NCBI GenBank assembly: GCA_963835065.1
Contig: CAWIEK010000049.1
Coordinates: forward strand, 160,001 to 224,000
Origin: an uncultured Chthonomonadaceae bacterium
GTDB taxonomy: Bacteria; Armatimonadota; Chthonomonadetes; Chthonomonadales; Chthonomonadaceae
Length of the DNA: 64,000 nt
Direction of reading: 5' to 3'
Shown here: in pieces, positions 30,574 through 39,839 of the stretch
Layout of the letters: each line of letters opens with the position of its first letter
Numbering within the stretch: position 1 is the first letter of the stretch
Notes under the pieces: generated by a model
Told to the model about the DNA's origin: nothing
The model's database searches: none
What the model saw: the letters and a program-made list of their open reading frames with translations, nothing else
Made by a program: the position numbers and the translations under genes

Positions 30574-31433
30574 TGGCTGCCTGCCTTTCCGCCTTGAGGG
30601 GAGGGAGGCGCGTTGGGCGATTTGGTGTCAGTTGTGGCAGGGGCGGACGCGGCGGAAACGGCAAAGAGCGGCAGGCGCTTGTAGGCTTCACGGATCGCCT
30701 GATAATCCTGTGAGGATGTGGGCGTATCGCCGTACCAGCGCGTTTCAAAGGCGACGGCGAGAGGAACCAGCGCGTCATAAAGCGGCAGGGCGCGAGTTTG
30801 CTGTAAGTGGCGCAGGTATTCGCCGTTGGTACGCGCCCGGTCATAAGATAGCGCGCCCGCCCGATCCAGTTGCAGCAGGAGGGCTAGGAACACGGCGCGG
30901 TAAGCGCGGCGATAATCCGACTGTGCCGCCCATTCTTCCGCCTGCGTCAGCCAGGTTTCGGGATCGCGCTCGATTTCAGCCAATGCCTCGTCTTCTTCGG
31001 AAACGATGCGGCGGGGCTGCGCGGCGTGTTCGCGCGGCGACCAATCCCGGAACATGCGGTACACAACCCACAGCAGGCCGGAAAGGATGAAGGCCAGCAG
31101 GATATAGATGAGGAGTGTGCTGCCGCCCTTAACGCCGCTCAGTCGAAACAGATTGCTCCACCATTCGCGCAAGCGTTCCCACATACGGCGGGCTTGCGCC
31201 ACCAAGTCGGTAAGTTGGCTTTTTTCACTCGTTTGCGGCTGAAACTCCCGACCCGCCAGAATACGGTTCAAATCGGCTTTCAATTGCGGGGCAGGCGGGG
31301 CGGTTCCGTTTGCAGCGCTTGCACTCGAATTGCCGGAAGCAGGCTGCTGCGCGTGAACGGGGCATAGGCTGCCGCACAATGACATAAGGCAAACGGTCAA
31401 TAAAACGATACGGTCGTTTTTGAAGGAGGGCAT
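30570..31433 (-). CDS. DUF4129 domain protein
   Basis: DYRRAYRAVFLALL, RTNGEY and FETRWYG motifs. Confidence 0.8.
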   Translation of the reverse strand: MPSFKNDRIVLLTVCLMSLCGSLCPVHAQQPASGNSSASAANGTAPPAPQLKADLNRILAGREFQPQTSEKSQLTDLVAQARRMWERLREWWSNLFRLSGVKGGSTLLIYILLAFILSGLLWVVYRMFRDWSPREHAAQPRRIVSEEDEALAEIERDPETWLTQAEEWAAQSDYRRAYRAVFLALLLQLDRAGALSYDRARTNGEYLRHLQQTRALPLYDALVPLAVAFETRWYGDTPTSSQDYQAIREAYKRLPLFAVSAASAPATTDTKSPNAPPSPQGGKAGSQ

Positions 31434-32740
31434 TAGCGGCTGTCCTCCGGGGCGTCGGGTTCTGTAGGAGAGGCTTCGGAAGCGGTGGGAGGCATGATAA
31501 AATCCATTAGCGGCGGGGCAGGCGCGGGGACCGGCGAGGAGAAATCCATCGGCGGAAAGGTGTCCGGCAGTGTTGCTATCGGGGCAGGAGAAGTTTGAAA
31601 AACTGGTATCGTCTGCGCGGGAAATGTGGGGGCTGCAACGGTTTGCAACGGCGCGGTGCTGGCGAAAACGTTGGGCGATGTGACGAATGGCAGCGTTTCG
31701 GCAAGCAGGCGGATGTCAAGGCCGTCACGCTGTATACGATAATCGAAATACAGGACGTGCGCGAAAATCAGCAAATACGGCTGCAAAAAAGCGATTAACA
31801 GGACGCTGATGGTGGTTTCGAGAAGAAACGCCATTGTTGCGGGCAGGGAAACAAGTTCAAGCAGGCCCGTGAGTGACAGCAGCATCAGCAATTGCAGGGT
31901 GAAGAAAACGATGGGTAGAAACAAAACGGCGGCCAGAGTGCGGCGGGCGCGCGGACGTTTTACAAGCTGCCAGTTGCGGGCGGGAATTGCGGTAATGGGC
32001 AGGTTTTCCAGCACAATGAGGGGCGTGGTGAATACAAAGCCGAAGGCCAGCATAGTCATACCGGCGATATAAGGGGTGAGGACGAAAATCACGCCGAGAA
32101 TAACGCTGACGGCAGTGGGAAGGGTTCCGCCCACAGCCAAAGCGACAACAGAAGCAATGAGGGTAGCGATTGTCAGCGCGACAATCACGACGGCAACGAA
32201 GACGCACAGCATCACCAGCCAGCCGAGCAAAACGCGCGGAATGTGCCGAAACGCGCGGCGGTAACAATCCGTCCAAACCGGCGTTTGTCCGCGATAAAGG
32301 TCGGACAGGGCAATGGCAACAGGGGCGCTGACGATGGCAAGGGCTATCAGGGAGAAAAGGCCGGGAACGCCATACGCGGGATACCCGGTCATTGCGGCCC
32401 CCGTGATGAAACCAAACGCGGCGGTAATATCTTCCGAGTGAGTATCGAGGTACGCATTGAGCGGCTTGAGCCAGGCGTTAAGCAGCAGGTACAAAATGGC
32501 TTGCAGGGGCAGCAGCGCGACAGCGACAATGGTAAACAGCGTACGGAAGTGGGCGCGATACAGATCAAAGGCAAGGTCGAACACGCCGCCAATGCCGCGC
32601 GGCAGCAGCAGTTCCTCGCGGGCAAGGCGCGGCGAAACCAGCACAGACGGCGCGGCAGGTTGTGCTGAACGTTCCCCGGCAGGAGCCTCAGCAATGCCGG
32701 AAGGAATAAACGCGCGGGAAGATGGCAGTTGAATGGACAT
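31433..32740 (-). CDS. Integral membrane protein of the MoxR/DUF4129 cluster
   Basis: PRGIGGVFDLAF..YR; multiple TM helices; YFDYRIQRDGLDI. Confidence 0.75.
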   Translation of the reverse strand: MSIQLPSSRAFIPSGIAEAPAGERSAQPAAPSVLVSPRLAREELLLPRGIGGVFDLAFDLYRAHFRTLFTIVAVALLPLQAILYLLLNAWLKPLNAYLDTHSEDITAAFGFITGAAMTGYPAYGVPGLFSLIALAIVSAPVAIALSDLYRGQTPVWTDCYRRAFRHIPRVLLGWLVMLCVFVAVVIVALTIATLIASVVALAVGGTLPTAVSVILGVIFVLTPYIAGMTMLAFGFVFTTPLIVLENLPITAIPARNWQLVKRPRARRTLAAVLFLPIVFFTLQLLMLLSLTGLLELVSLPATMAFLLETTISVLLIAFLQPYLLIFAHVLYFDYRIQRDGLDIRLLAETLPFVTSPNVFASTAPLQTVAAPTFPAQTIPVFQTSPAPIATLPDTFPPMDFSSPVPAPAPPLMDFIMPPTASEASPTEPDAPEDSR

Positions 32741-32750
32741 TCGGAAATTC

Positions 32751-32848
32751 AGGTATTCGGTGTTGGGGCTTCGGTGTTCAGGTGTTCAGGTGTTCGGTAT
32801 TCAGGCTTCCTATATTCCGTCTTCTGTCTTCTGCCTAATGCCTACCCT
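32751..32848 (+). repeat. 7/8-mer tandem repeat array (GGTGTTCA/GGTATTC, then CTTCTGT-like units)
   Basis: ggtattcggtgttggggcttcggtgttcaggtgttcaggtgttcggtattcagg; related arrays at 33943-33977 and 53620-53667. Confidence 0.75.
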
Positions 32849-32849
32849 A

Positions 32850-33932
32850 TCAGCCGTTCGGGTCAACCGGCGGGAGTTCGGGCGGGACGCTTGGGTCTTT
32901 GGGCTGCGGCACAGCGGTTTTATGAATGACGACGTGGACGCGCACGGTATCAATGGGATCGCCATTTTTATCCTGAACTTTCAGCCCATCGGGTACATTC
33001 AGGCCGATGGTAATGTCACGGGATTCGGTTTCGTCCCGCAGTGAGATTTTATGCGTACGCAACGTGAAAAGGTGATTGACGGCATCCCCGCTGCCGGATA
33101 TTTTGATCTGGTTTGGCTCCACATCATAGGTGACGAAGGTATAAGGCGGCTTGGGATAATCGGTGATGTTGGCGCTGACAGTGACGAACTTCGCGGGCGC
33201 GTCGGCGGTAATCGGCACGTAGACATGCACAAAGGAGGGCAGCAGCTTGACGCTTTCAATCACGTTGCCGTCGTGGTCACGCGCAAACACGGGAAACATG
33301 CCTTTGATTTTGCCGTCTTCGTTGATGGTGTAACTGACGCTGACGCGCTCCACCATGTCTGCCTGATCTTCGCGCCCACTGAGCGTAACTTCTGAGGGAT
33401 CAAAAGTAGGCTTGCCATAGCGGTAGCCGGTCGGGGAAGGCTTGAGGTTTATCGTCACGGCTTTAGGGCGGGTCACGTTGGCAATCAAGCGGAATTTGAA
33501 ACTGCTGCCGGTTTGTTCGATGTTCAGCCTTGCCATTTGGTCCGGCGTCAATTTTGGGATCAAGGGCGTGAGTTGGGGCAGCGACTGAACTTTTGTCGGG
33601 TTAGGCGCTTTATTCTGAAGACTTGCGCCTGCACGTACGTCGCCATCCTTGATGCTTTCCACGAGAGGACGTGGGCCGGAAATAGTGAATGTGACGGTGC
33701 GCTGCGTGGTATCCACAACCGCGCCGCCGGGAACCTGCTGAATGATGATTTCGGCGGTTACTTCGCGGCTAATGATGGGATTATGTTCGGCCTGCACGAA
33801 GATGTAAAGACAGACAGCGGCGGCGAGGGAAACAGCCTTTAGCCGCAGGTTTTCCCGCAGTCGCGCTGTCAGCGCGGTCTTTTGACGCCGCAAAGCCTGC
33901 TGCGTATTTACATTGGGGCGGTAGATGCTCAT
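32850..33932 (-). CDS. cdaR: CdaR/YbbR-like regulator of diadenylate cyclase
   Basis: N-terminal TM (LKAVSLAAAVCLYIFV); repeated YbbR-like P..V..SG units; directly after cdaA. Confidence 0.8.
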   Translation of the reverse strand: MSIYRPNVNTQQALRRQKTALTARLRENLRLKAVSLAAAVCLYIFVQAEHNPIISREVTAEIIIQQVPGGAVVDTTQRTVTFTISGPRPLVESIKDGDVRAGASLQNKAPNPTKVQSLPQLTPLIPKLTPDQMARLNIEQTGSSFKFRLIANVTRPKAVTINLKPSPTGYRYGKPTFDPSEVTLSGREDQADMVERVSVSYTINEDGKIKGMFPVFARDHDGNVIESVKLLPSFVHVYVPITADAPAKFVTVSANITDYPKPPYTFVTYDVEPNQIKISGSGDAVNHLFTLRTHKISLRDETESRDITIGLNVPDGLKVQDKNGDPIDTVRVHVVIHKTAVPQPKDPSVPPELPPVDPNG

Positions 33933-33942
33933 GGCGGCGAAT

Positions 33943-33977
33943 GTCGGTATTCGGTATTCGGTGTTCAGGTATTTGGG
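33943..33977 (+). repeat. 7/8-mer tandem array (GGTATTC/GGTGTTCA)
   Basis: gtcggtattcggtattcggtgttcaggtatttggg. Confidence 0.7.
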
Positions 33978-34035
33978 CATTGCGGCATGTATATACCGGT
34001 TCGTGACTAAAATTTAGCTTGCCCGATAGTTGAGT

Positions 34036-34854
34036 TTAATCGTGAACGCGCTTGCGTCCGATGATGCTTTCGGCGGGCTGCAGCAGGCGGTTCAGGCGGT
34101 CTCGCAGCACGTCTTCTTTTAGCCCGCGCCCGATGAACTTGCCGTCTGCGACAAGGGAAATAATTCCGGTTTCTTCCGATACGACCAAGACAACCGCATC
34201 GCTGTTTTCCGACATTCCAAGCGCGGCTTTGTGGCGGGTGTGAACGGCGGCATCCACTTTTGGGCGACTGGTAAGCGGCAGGATGCACTCGGCGGCGGCA
34301 ATGCGGCCATTGCGGACAATGACCGCGCCATCGTGCAGGGCCGTACCCTTGTAAAAAATCGTGTCCAGCAGTTCCACGCTTACAAGCGCGTCCATGCGCG
34401 TCCCGGTTTGAATGATTTCATCAAGCCCGGTTTGTCGCTCGAAAACGATCAAAGCCCCGATATGACTGGCGCTTAACTTGATCGCCGTGCGGACGACGGT
34501 ATCTATCATTTCGCTGACATCTTCGCGGTTGAGCATGCTCAGGCCGCAACTCCAAAAGCGCGGGCCGAATTCTTCCAGCGCGTGACGCAGTTCGGGATAA
34601 AACAAAATGACGATGGCGACCGGGCCGAGCGGAACAACGGATTTGAGCAGCCAGTTCAGCGTATCCAGATGCAGCCGTTCGCTCAAGTACAGCGCGAGTA
34701 CCAGTGTGCCAAGCCCGCCTAAAATTTGCAGCGCTCGAGTCCCGCGCACCAGCAGCAACAGGCGATAAAGCAGGTAGGCGACAACCAGCACGTCCAGAAG
34801 GCCAATCCAGGTACTGCCTCCGCGTAAGGCGGCGTGTGCCTGCTGAATGTTCAT
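34036..34854 (-). CDS. cdaA: Diadenylate cyclase CdaA (DacA)
   Basis: Three TM helices; PELRHALE, GALIVFER, LHDGA, TRHKAALG and VVSEETG motifs; SD aggag. Confidence 0.92.
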   Translation of the reverse strand: MNIQQAHAALRGGSTWIGLLDVLVVAYLLYRLLLLVRGTRALQILGGLGTLVLALYLSERLHLDTLNWLLKSVVPLGPVAIVILFYPELRHALEEFGPRFWSCGLSMLNREDVSEMIDTVVRTAIKLSASHIGALIVFERQTGLDEIIQTGTRMDALVSVELLDTIFYKGTALHDGAVIVRNGRIAAAECILPLTSRPKVDAAVHTRHKAALGMSENSDAVVLVVSEETGIISLVADGKFIGRGLKEDVLRDRLNRLLQPAESIIGRKRVHD

Positions 34855-34949
34855 AGCGGCGGCTCCTGCAAAATCGGTGTCGTGACTGGTCGGCAGAGGA
34901 ACAAAAAGCGCGGCAGAACGCTTTGAAACTGCCTTCAAATCCTTCCTAC

Positions 34950-34978
34950 AGTATAGCACAGACAGGAGGAAGGTACAA
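34950..34978 (-). promoter_or_regulatory. Sigma-70 promoter for cdaA
   Basis: Minus strand TTGTAC-17 bp-TATACT with TGn extension. Confidence 0.55.
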
Positions 34979-35105
34979 ATAAAAATTATGCGTTGAAGAA
35001 TCGTCACCCGTAAGAAAACGGTGTACAGAACTTAACGTGAATGATAAAAACAGACGAAGCGAGCAAGTTTTTTTCACTTTTTTTGTGAAAACCCCTGCAA
35101 AGTGG

Positions 35106-35135
35106 TTGACAAACGCGCCGTCAATCCGTTACTAT
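35106..35135 (+). promoter_or_regulatory. Sigma-70 promoter for the NlpC/P60 gene
   Basis: TTGACA-18 bp-TACTAT about 260 nt upstream of the start. Confidence 0.6.
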
Positions 35136-35393
35136 GCGATTGAAGAGGATGCAGTGTTACAAAATTCACACCTCGCTGGTGAATTTCGCATCCATGCGGC
35201 AAGTTGCACCACCCTTGCCGACGCTTTACTCCCGTACCAAACAAATTTGAAGTCGTTCCTTGCGTTGCCTTGCGATTCCGGCTTCCGGCCCTCCGAACTC
35301 TGCGCATATTCTTTGCTGATTATGCCCGACAGTTCGCCTGTCCGCGCCTGATTCCGCTTGTCTTCAACGCCGCCACAGGAAGGATAATCCGCG

Positions 35394-36857
35394 TTGCAAA
35401 TCATGCAATCCATTGGACTCCGCTGGACGCGCTTGTGCGTCGCTTCTTCTGCCACTGCCGTGTTCGCCTCACTCGCGCCGAGCGCGTTCGCCACGCAAAA
35501 ACATGCGCTTCAACCCGGCGAAACGCTGGACGCGCTGGCCCGCAGATACCACGTTTCGGTTCCCGACCTCATCCGCGCCAACAACATCGAAAATCAGGAC
35601 AACATTCCCGATGGGCGCGTGTTGACAATCCCCAATCCCCCGCGCAGCCTCCACGTCGAAGCCACACAGCACCGCGCCGCCCGCGTTGCCAAAGACAGCG
35701 TTTCCGTGCGTTTGGGGCCGGGACTGGAATACCGCCGCGCCAATTTCGCGTATGAAGGCGATGCGGTTGTCGTGACGGCGGAACGAGACGGCTGGGTACA
35801 GATCAAGTCGGACAGCGGCGTCAAGGGCTGGATGCTGAAAAGCCTGCTGCATGGCGTTGGGGGCAGCGTGGAAGGACAGCAAACCGCCTCGCGCAATCGG
35901 GAGCCGGAGCCGAAACACTCGCGCAAGCCTGCCCACCACGCGGCGATGATCGCTGCGGAAGAAGACCGGAGTCGAGCGCGTAAAGTGGCGCGGCTGCAAT
36001 CGGGAACCACATCGGCACACCACAAGCGCCACGCGCAGCATCAGGAACCTGTCAAAACACACGAATCGCGCGAGGAGCGGGAAGCGGTTGTTCACAACAC
36101 CAAGACGCGGCACAAGCATGATCTGCAGGTTGCGCGGATAGCGCATGAAACGACCAAAGCGCGTCGGCATCATCACGACACGGGCAGCGAAGTGGCCGTA
36201 AGCAGCCACAAGCGCGGAGTGAAGCGGCAGGTACATGCGGAAGAAACGCATGTCGTCAAAGCGCGGCATCACGCGGCGGTGGAACAAATTGCCAAAGCGC
36301 GGCATCATGCCAACGCGGAGCATCTGGCGCGGGTTCAAAAGAAGCAGCAGGAGCATGAGGCGCAGGTTGCGCGCGTAACGCATCGCAAGCGGCATCATGC
36401 AGAAGAGGGTGGGGCGCAGGTGGCGCATATCCGACGCAGCCATCATTCGGAAGTGGCGCAGGCGGACGCGCCGCAGGCTTCCAGCGACATCGTGCGAACC
36501 GCGTATGCCTATCGCGGTACACCGTATGTATGGGGGGGAGAGCGTCCGGGTGGCTTCGACTGCTCCGGGTTCACCATGCACCTGATGGGTAAAAAAGGCG
36601 TCTCCTTGCCGCACTCGGCGCGGGCGCAGTTCGGCATGGGGCATAAAGTAGACCGTAACGGCATGAAGCCAGGCGATCTGGTGTTCTTCCATACCGTCAC
36701 GCCGGGCATCTCGCATGTGGGCATGTATGTGGGGAACGGCAAGTTTGTTCATGCGTCCAGTCGGCGTTCGGGCGGGGTGCGCGTGGACAGTCTGGAAGGC
36801 GGCTACTACAGCAAGGCGTTCCGGGGCGCGCGGCGGATGCGCAAGAGCGACGATTAG
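35394..36857 (+). CDS. LysM-SH3b-NlpC/P60 peptidoglycan endopeptidase with a His/Arg-rich linker
   Basis: LysM (QPGETLDALARRY), SH3b (VRLGPG..GWV..GWM), NlpC (PYVWGG..FDCSGF, HVGMY, FVHAS). Confidence 0.92.
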   Translation: MQIMQSIGLRWTRLCVASSATAVFASLAPSAFATQKHALQPGETLDALARRYHVSVPDLIRANNIENQDNIPDGRVLTIPNPPRSLHVEATQHRAARVAKDSVSVRLGPGLEYRRANFAYEGDAVVVTAERDGWVQIKSDSGVKGWMLKSLLHGVGGSVEGQQTASRNREPEPKHSRKPAHHAAMIAAEEDRSRARKVARLQSGTTSAHHKRHAQHQEPVKTHESREEREAVVHNTKTRHKHDLQVARIAHETTKARRHHHDTGSEVAVSSHKRGVKRQVHAEETHVVKARHHAAVEQIAKARHHANAEHLARVQKKQQEHEAQVARVTHRKRHHAEEGGAQVAHIRRSHHSEVAQADAPQASSDIVRTAYAYRGTPYVWGGERPGGFDCSGFTMHLMGKKGVSLPHSARAQFGMGHKVDRNGMKPGDLVFFHTVTPGISHVGMYVGNGKFVHASSRRSGGVRVDSLEGGYYSKAFRGARRMRKSDD

Positions 36858-36880
36858 CGCTTATCCGAAACCATACAAAT

Positions 36881-36910
36881 AGCCGCGAATGAACGCGAAT
36901 AAACGCGAAT
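36881..36910 (+). repeat. 10-mer triplet repeat
   Basis: agccgcgaat-gaacgcgaat-aaacgcgaat. Confidence 0.85.
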
Positions 36911-36912
36911 TG

Positions 36913-36972
36913 TAAACGCAGGCGAGACCTATTTTGACCGCTGAGGAATAAAATGGGACGCGCCTGCGTTTA
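36913..36972. terminator. Stem-loop after the NlpC/P60 gene
   Basis: taaacgcaggcg ... cgcctgcgttta 12-bp arms. Confidence 0.5.
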
Positions 36973-37090
36973 TATTTTATAAGAGAATTCCTCTTGTAGG
37001 ATGCAATTGCCGTGCAACATTTCGTATGCAGAAGTGTCCTACCGGGATAATTGGCGGAATGTACGAAGCACCAACTTAACCACTCTGCAA

Positions 37091-38032
37091 ATGAAGGAAT
37101 CTGGCCTCGTGTCTTTTGATATTTCCGGTTTTGCGCTGCCGTGCCGCAGCACTATCCTGCGGTTTGTGGCAGGCATATTCATGGTTCTGCTGCTGGCGCT
37201 TGGCACTTGTTTCAGCAGGCAGGCAGCCAATGCGCTTTCCACGTTTCCTCCCATTGTTATCGAAGCGTACCATCCAAAAGCGGGCGGCGCGGTGGCGACA
37301 CATGCGCAGTCCTGCCAGTTATGCCATGTGGCGCCGCCCAAACTGAACGTGTTTGGCATGGACGTGAAGGCCGCATTAGAAGCCGCGCATACGAAAACGC
37401 TGACCCCGGCGATTCTGCACTCGCTGGATACCAAAGATTCGGACGGTGACGGCTTCGACAACGGGACGGAGTTTGCGGCGGATACGCTCCCGGGCGACCC
37501 GGCGAGCAAGCCTGCGGGTACACCGCCCGCGCCTAAAGCAACTGCGGCGGCGAGTAAAACAACAGGCGCGACGGCAGCGAGTGAAAACCCGTTTGACCTG
37601 CATACGCTGCTGCTGCCGAAACACGCGCAGCATCCTGTGATTGTGCATTTCCCGATTGCGCTGTTCGTCATCAGCCTGTTTTTCGATTTCATCGCGTTTA
37701 TGCGCCGGGATCGCGCGCTGGCCGCCGCCGGGTATCTGAATCTGACGGTAGCGGCGGCGACCTCGCCCCTGGCGTTGATTACCGGATTACTGGCGTGGCA
37801 GTTCGCGTATGGCGGCATTTCCATCGCTTCGTTTCAGGGTACACTGGCGCAGCATCTGGTACTCGGCGTTGTGTCTACCATTCTAATATGGGTGCTGTTC
37901 GCCATGCGGTTCACCAAGCGGCGCGAAGGCATTGCGGAAGTGAAGCGAACGTATATCGTTTTGGGATTGATCGCGCTGGTGATTATTTCGATAGCGGGGC
38001 ATTTAGGGGGCTACCTGAGCGGCGTGAACTAA
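37091..38032 (+). CDS. c-type heme protein fused to a DUF2231 membrane domain (start uncertain)
   Basis: Signal-like segment, CQLCH, DSDGDG Ca-binding-like repeat, HPVIVHFPIAL...GHLGG. Confidence 0.78.
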   Translation: MKESGLVSFDISGFALPCRSTILRFVAGIFMVLLLALGTCFSRQAANALSTFPPIVIEAYHPKAGGAVATHAQSCQLCHVAPPKLNVFGMDVKAALEAAHTKTLTPAILHSLDTKDSDGDGFDNGTEFAADTLPGDPASKPAGTPPAPKATAAASKTTGATAASENPFDLHTLLLPKHAQHPVIVHFPIALFVISLFFDFIAFMRRDRALAAAGYLNLTVAAATSPLALITGLLAWQFAYGGISIASFQGTLAQHLVLGVVSTILIWVLFAMRFTKRREGIAEVKRTYIVLGLIALVIISIAGHLGGYLSGVN

Positions 38033-38095
38033 GCTGTTGATAGTTGATAGTTGATAGGGATGCGCGAACTGCGCATTTTCAGCGTCCTGCCGCTT
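38032..38095 (-). repeat. Copy 3 of the dispersed (CTATCAA)n element
   Basis: Reverse complement reads aagcggcaggacgctgaaaa...ctatcaactatcaactatcaac. Confidence 0.7.
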
Positions 38096-38105
38096 GGACG
38101 TATTT

Positions 38106-38135
38106 AGCCGCAAATACACGCGAATAGACGCAAAT
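38106..38135 (+). repeat. 10-mer triplet repeat
   Basis: agccgcaaat-acacgcgaat-agacgcaaat. Confidence 0.8.
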
Positions 38136-38333
38136 AATTCAACAGCTTTTTGCTGTTCGCGCCCTGAAATCCGCGCAGGATTTTAGAGCGCGTGGTACAA
38201 TACTCTACTATAGAATTTACATGCGGATGTTTATGCTTTGACTGCGCGTGACCGATTGTTAGTGATTGTGGTACTCGCGCTTACGATTTTGTGATTGTCT
38301 GTATTTGTCCGCACTTCAGGGAGAACTTCCACT

Positions 38334-39755
38334 ATGAACCGAAGGGATTTTCTAGTCAATACGACTGCCGCTTCCTTGACCGGCGCGCTGGCGTTGAGCG
38401 CTACGGAAGCGTTTGGCGCGGGAAACGACGCCAAGCCCAAAGCGGCTGCGGCCCCGGCTAAGGACGCGCAGAACAAGGTTGCGGCCAAACCGTCCGCGCT
38501 GCCTGCCGAACCGCCGAAAAGCCCGGTGAACTGCGCGGTTATCGGCCTGGGCGAACAGGGAACCGCCATTCTGGAAACGCTGAACAACATGGGTACGGGC
38601 GCTCCCATTGTGGCGATTTGCGATACGTATAAATCTCCCGTATTCATCCGCAAGGCCAAAGAGCGCTTCCACAACGATAACGTGGCGGTTTACGACGATT
38701 ACAAGCGAGTGCTGGATGACAAGAGCATTCAGGCTGTGTTTATCGCTACGCCCACGCATAAGCACAAGCAGATTGCGCTGGACGCGATTGCGGCGGGCAA
38801 GCACGTTTATCTGGAAACACCGATTGCCGTTGACCTGGACGAAGCCAGAGCGATTACCAAAGCGGGCATGGCGGCGAAAAGCATTTATCAGCCGGGTTTG
38901 CAGATGCGCTCCAACATGCAGTACAAGCACGTATCGCATTTCATCAAGGGCAAGGTGCTGGGCGACCTGACCATGGGCCGCTCACAGTGGCACAATCGGA
39001 CGAGTTGGCGGCGCGTGGCTCCCAATGAAGACCGGCAAAATGCGCTGAACTGGCGCTTATCGCAGGCCACCTCTCATGGATTGATGGGCGAAGTGGGCAT
39101 TCATCAACTGGATGTCGCCAGTTGGTTTCTGGGCGCGGCTTCCGAGGCGAAAGCAGGGGCAGTGGCGAAGCAGGAGCATGACCAATATCTGTTGCCTGTG
39201 GCTATTTCCGGCAATGGCGGTATTTTGGGCTGGAAGGATGGGCGCGACGTTCAGGATACCGTTCAGTGCGTACTGGAGTTTCCCGGCGGCCTGCGCTTCG
39301 TTTATGACGCCACGCTGACCAATGGCTTCGATGGCGTTTACGACACCTTTTACGGCACGTCTTCAGCGGTGCAGTTGCGGGATCAGCGCGCGTGGATGTT
39401 TAAGGAAGCCGACGCGAACCCGCTTGGCTGGGAAACCTTTGCGCGGCGCGACTCGATGAGCTTCGGCAAGCCGGAAGATGGAACCGGAGTGAAAGTGGGC
39501 GAGGGGATCGCGCTTGTGGCCGATGCGACCAAGCAGTTGGCTCGCGGCAAGAAGCCGGGTGAAGTGGGAACGGACGTTACTAAAACGTCGCTGTATCAAT
39601 CCCTTGACGCCTTCCTGGACGCTATTCGTACCAACGGCAAGCCCTGGGTGACGCCGGAAGAGGGTTATCAGGCGACGGTGCTTGCGGCCAAAGCCGACGA
39701 AGCGTGTTTGAAGAACACGCGCCTCGAAATTCAAAAAGAGTGGTTTGTGATCTAG
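38334..39755 (+). CDS. Tat-exported Gfo/Idh/MocA oxidoreductase
   Basis: NRRDFL Tat motif; VIGLGEQG, IATPTHKH, YLETP and GIHQLD motifs. Confidence 0.88.
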   Translation: MNRRDFLVNTTAASLTGALALSATEAFGAGNDAKPKAAAAPAKDAQNKVAAKPSALPAEPPKSPVNCAVIGLGEQGTAILETLNNMGTGAPIVAICDTYKSPVFIRKAKERFHNDNVAVYDDYKRVLDDKSIQAVFIATPTHKHKQIALDAIAAGKHVYLETPIAVDLDEARAITKAGMAAKSIYQPGLQMRSNMQYKHVSHFIKGKVLGDLTMGRSQWHNRTSWRRVAPNEDRQNALNWRLSQATSHGLMGEVGIHQLDVASWFLGAASEAKAGAVAKQEHDQYLLPVAISGNGGILGWKDGRDVQDTVQCVLEFPGGLRFVYDATLTNGFDGVYDTFYGTSSAVQLRDQRAWMFKEADANPLGWETFARRDSMSFGKPEDGTGVKVGEGIALVADATKQLARGKKPGEVGTDVTKTSLYQSLDAFLDAIRTNGKPWVTPEEGYQATVLAAKADEACLKNTRLEIQKEWFVI

Positions 39756-39839
39756 TCAAACGGGCAGCGCGGCGGAAGTTGAAAGGCTTCTGCCGCGCTG
39801 CGCTTGTTTTGCATTTAGCGCAAAGGAGCCAGGCACGAC

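Noticed and set aside
35140..35393. Known c-di-AMP (ydaO) or c-di-GMP riboswitch
   Set aside because: I could not find the characteristic conserved segments by eye; kept only as an unknown structured leader
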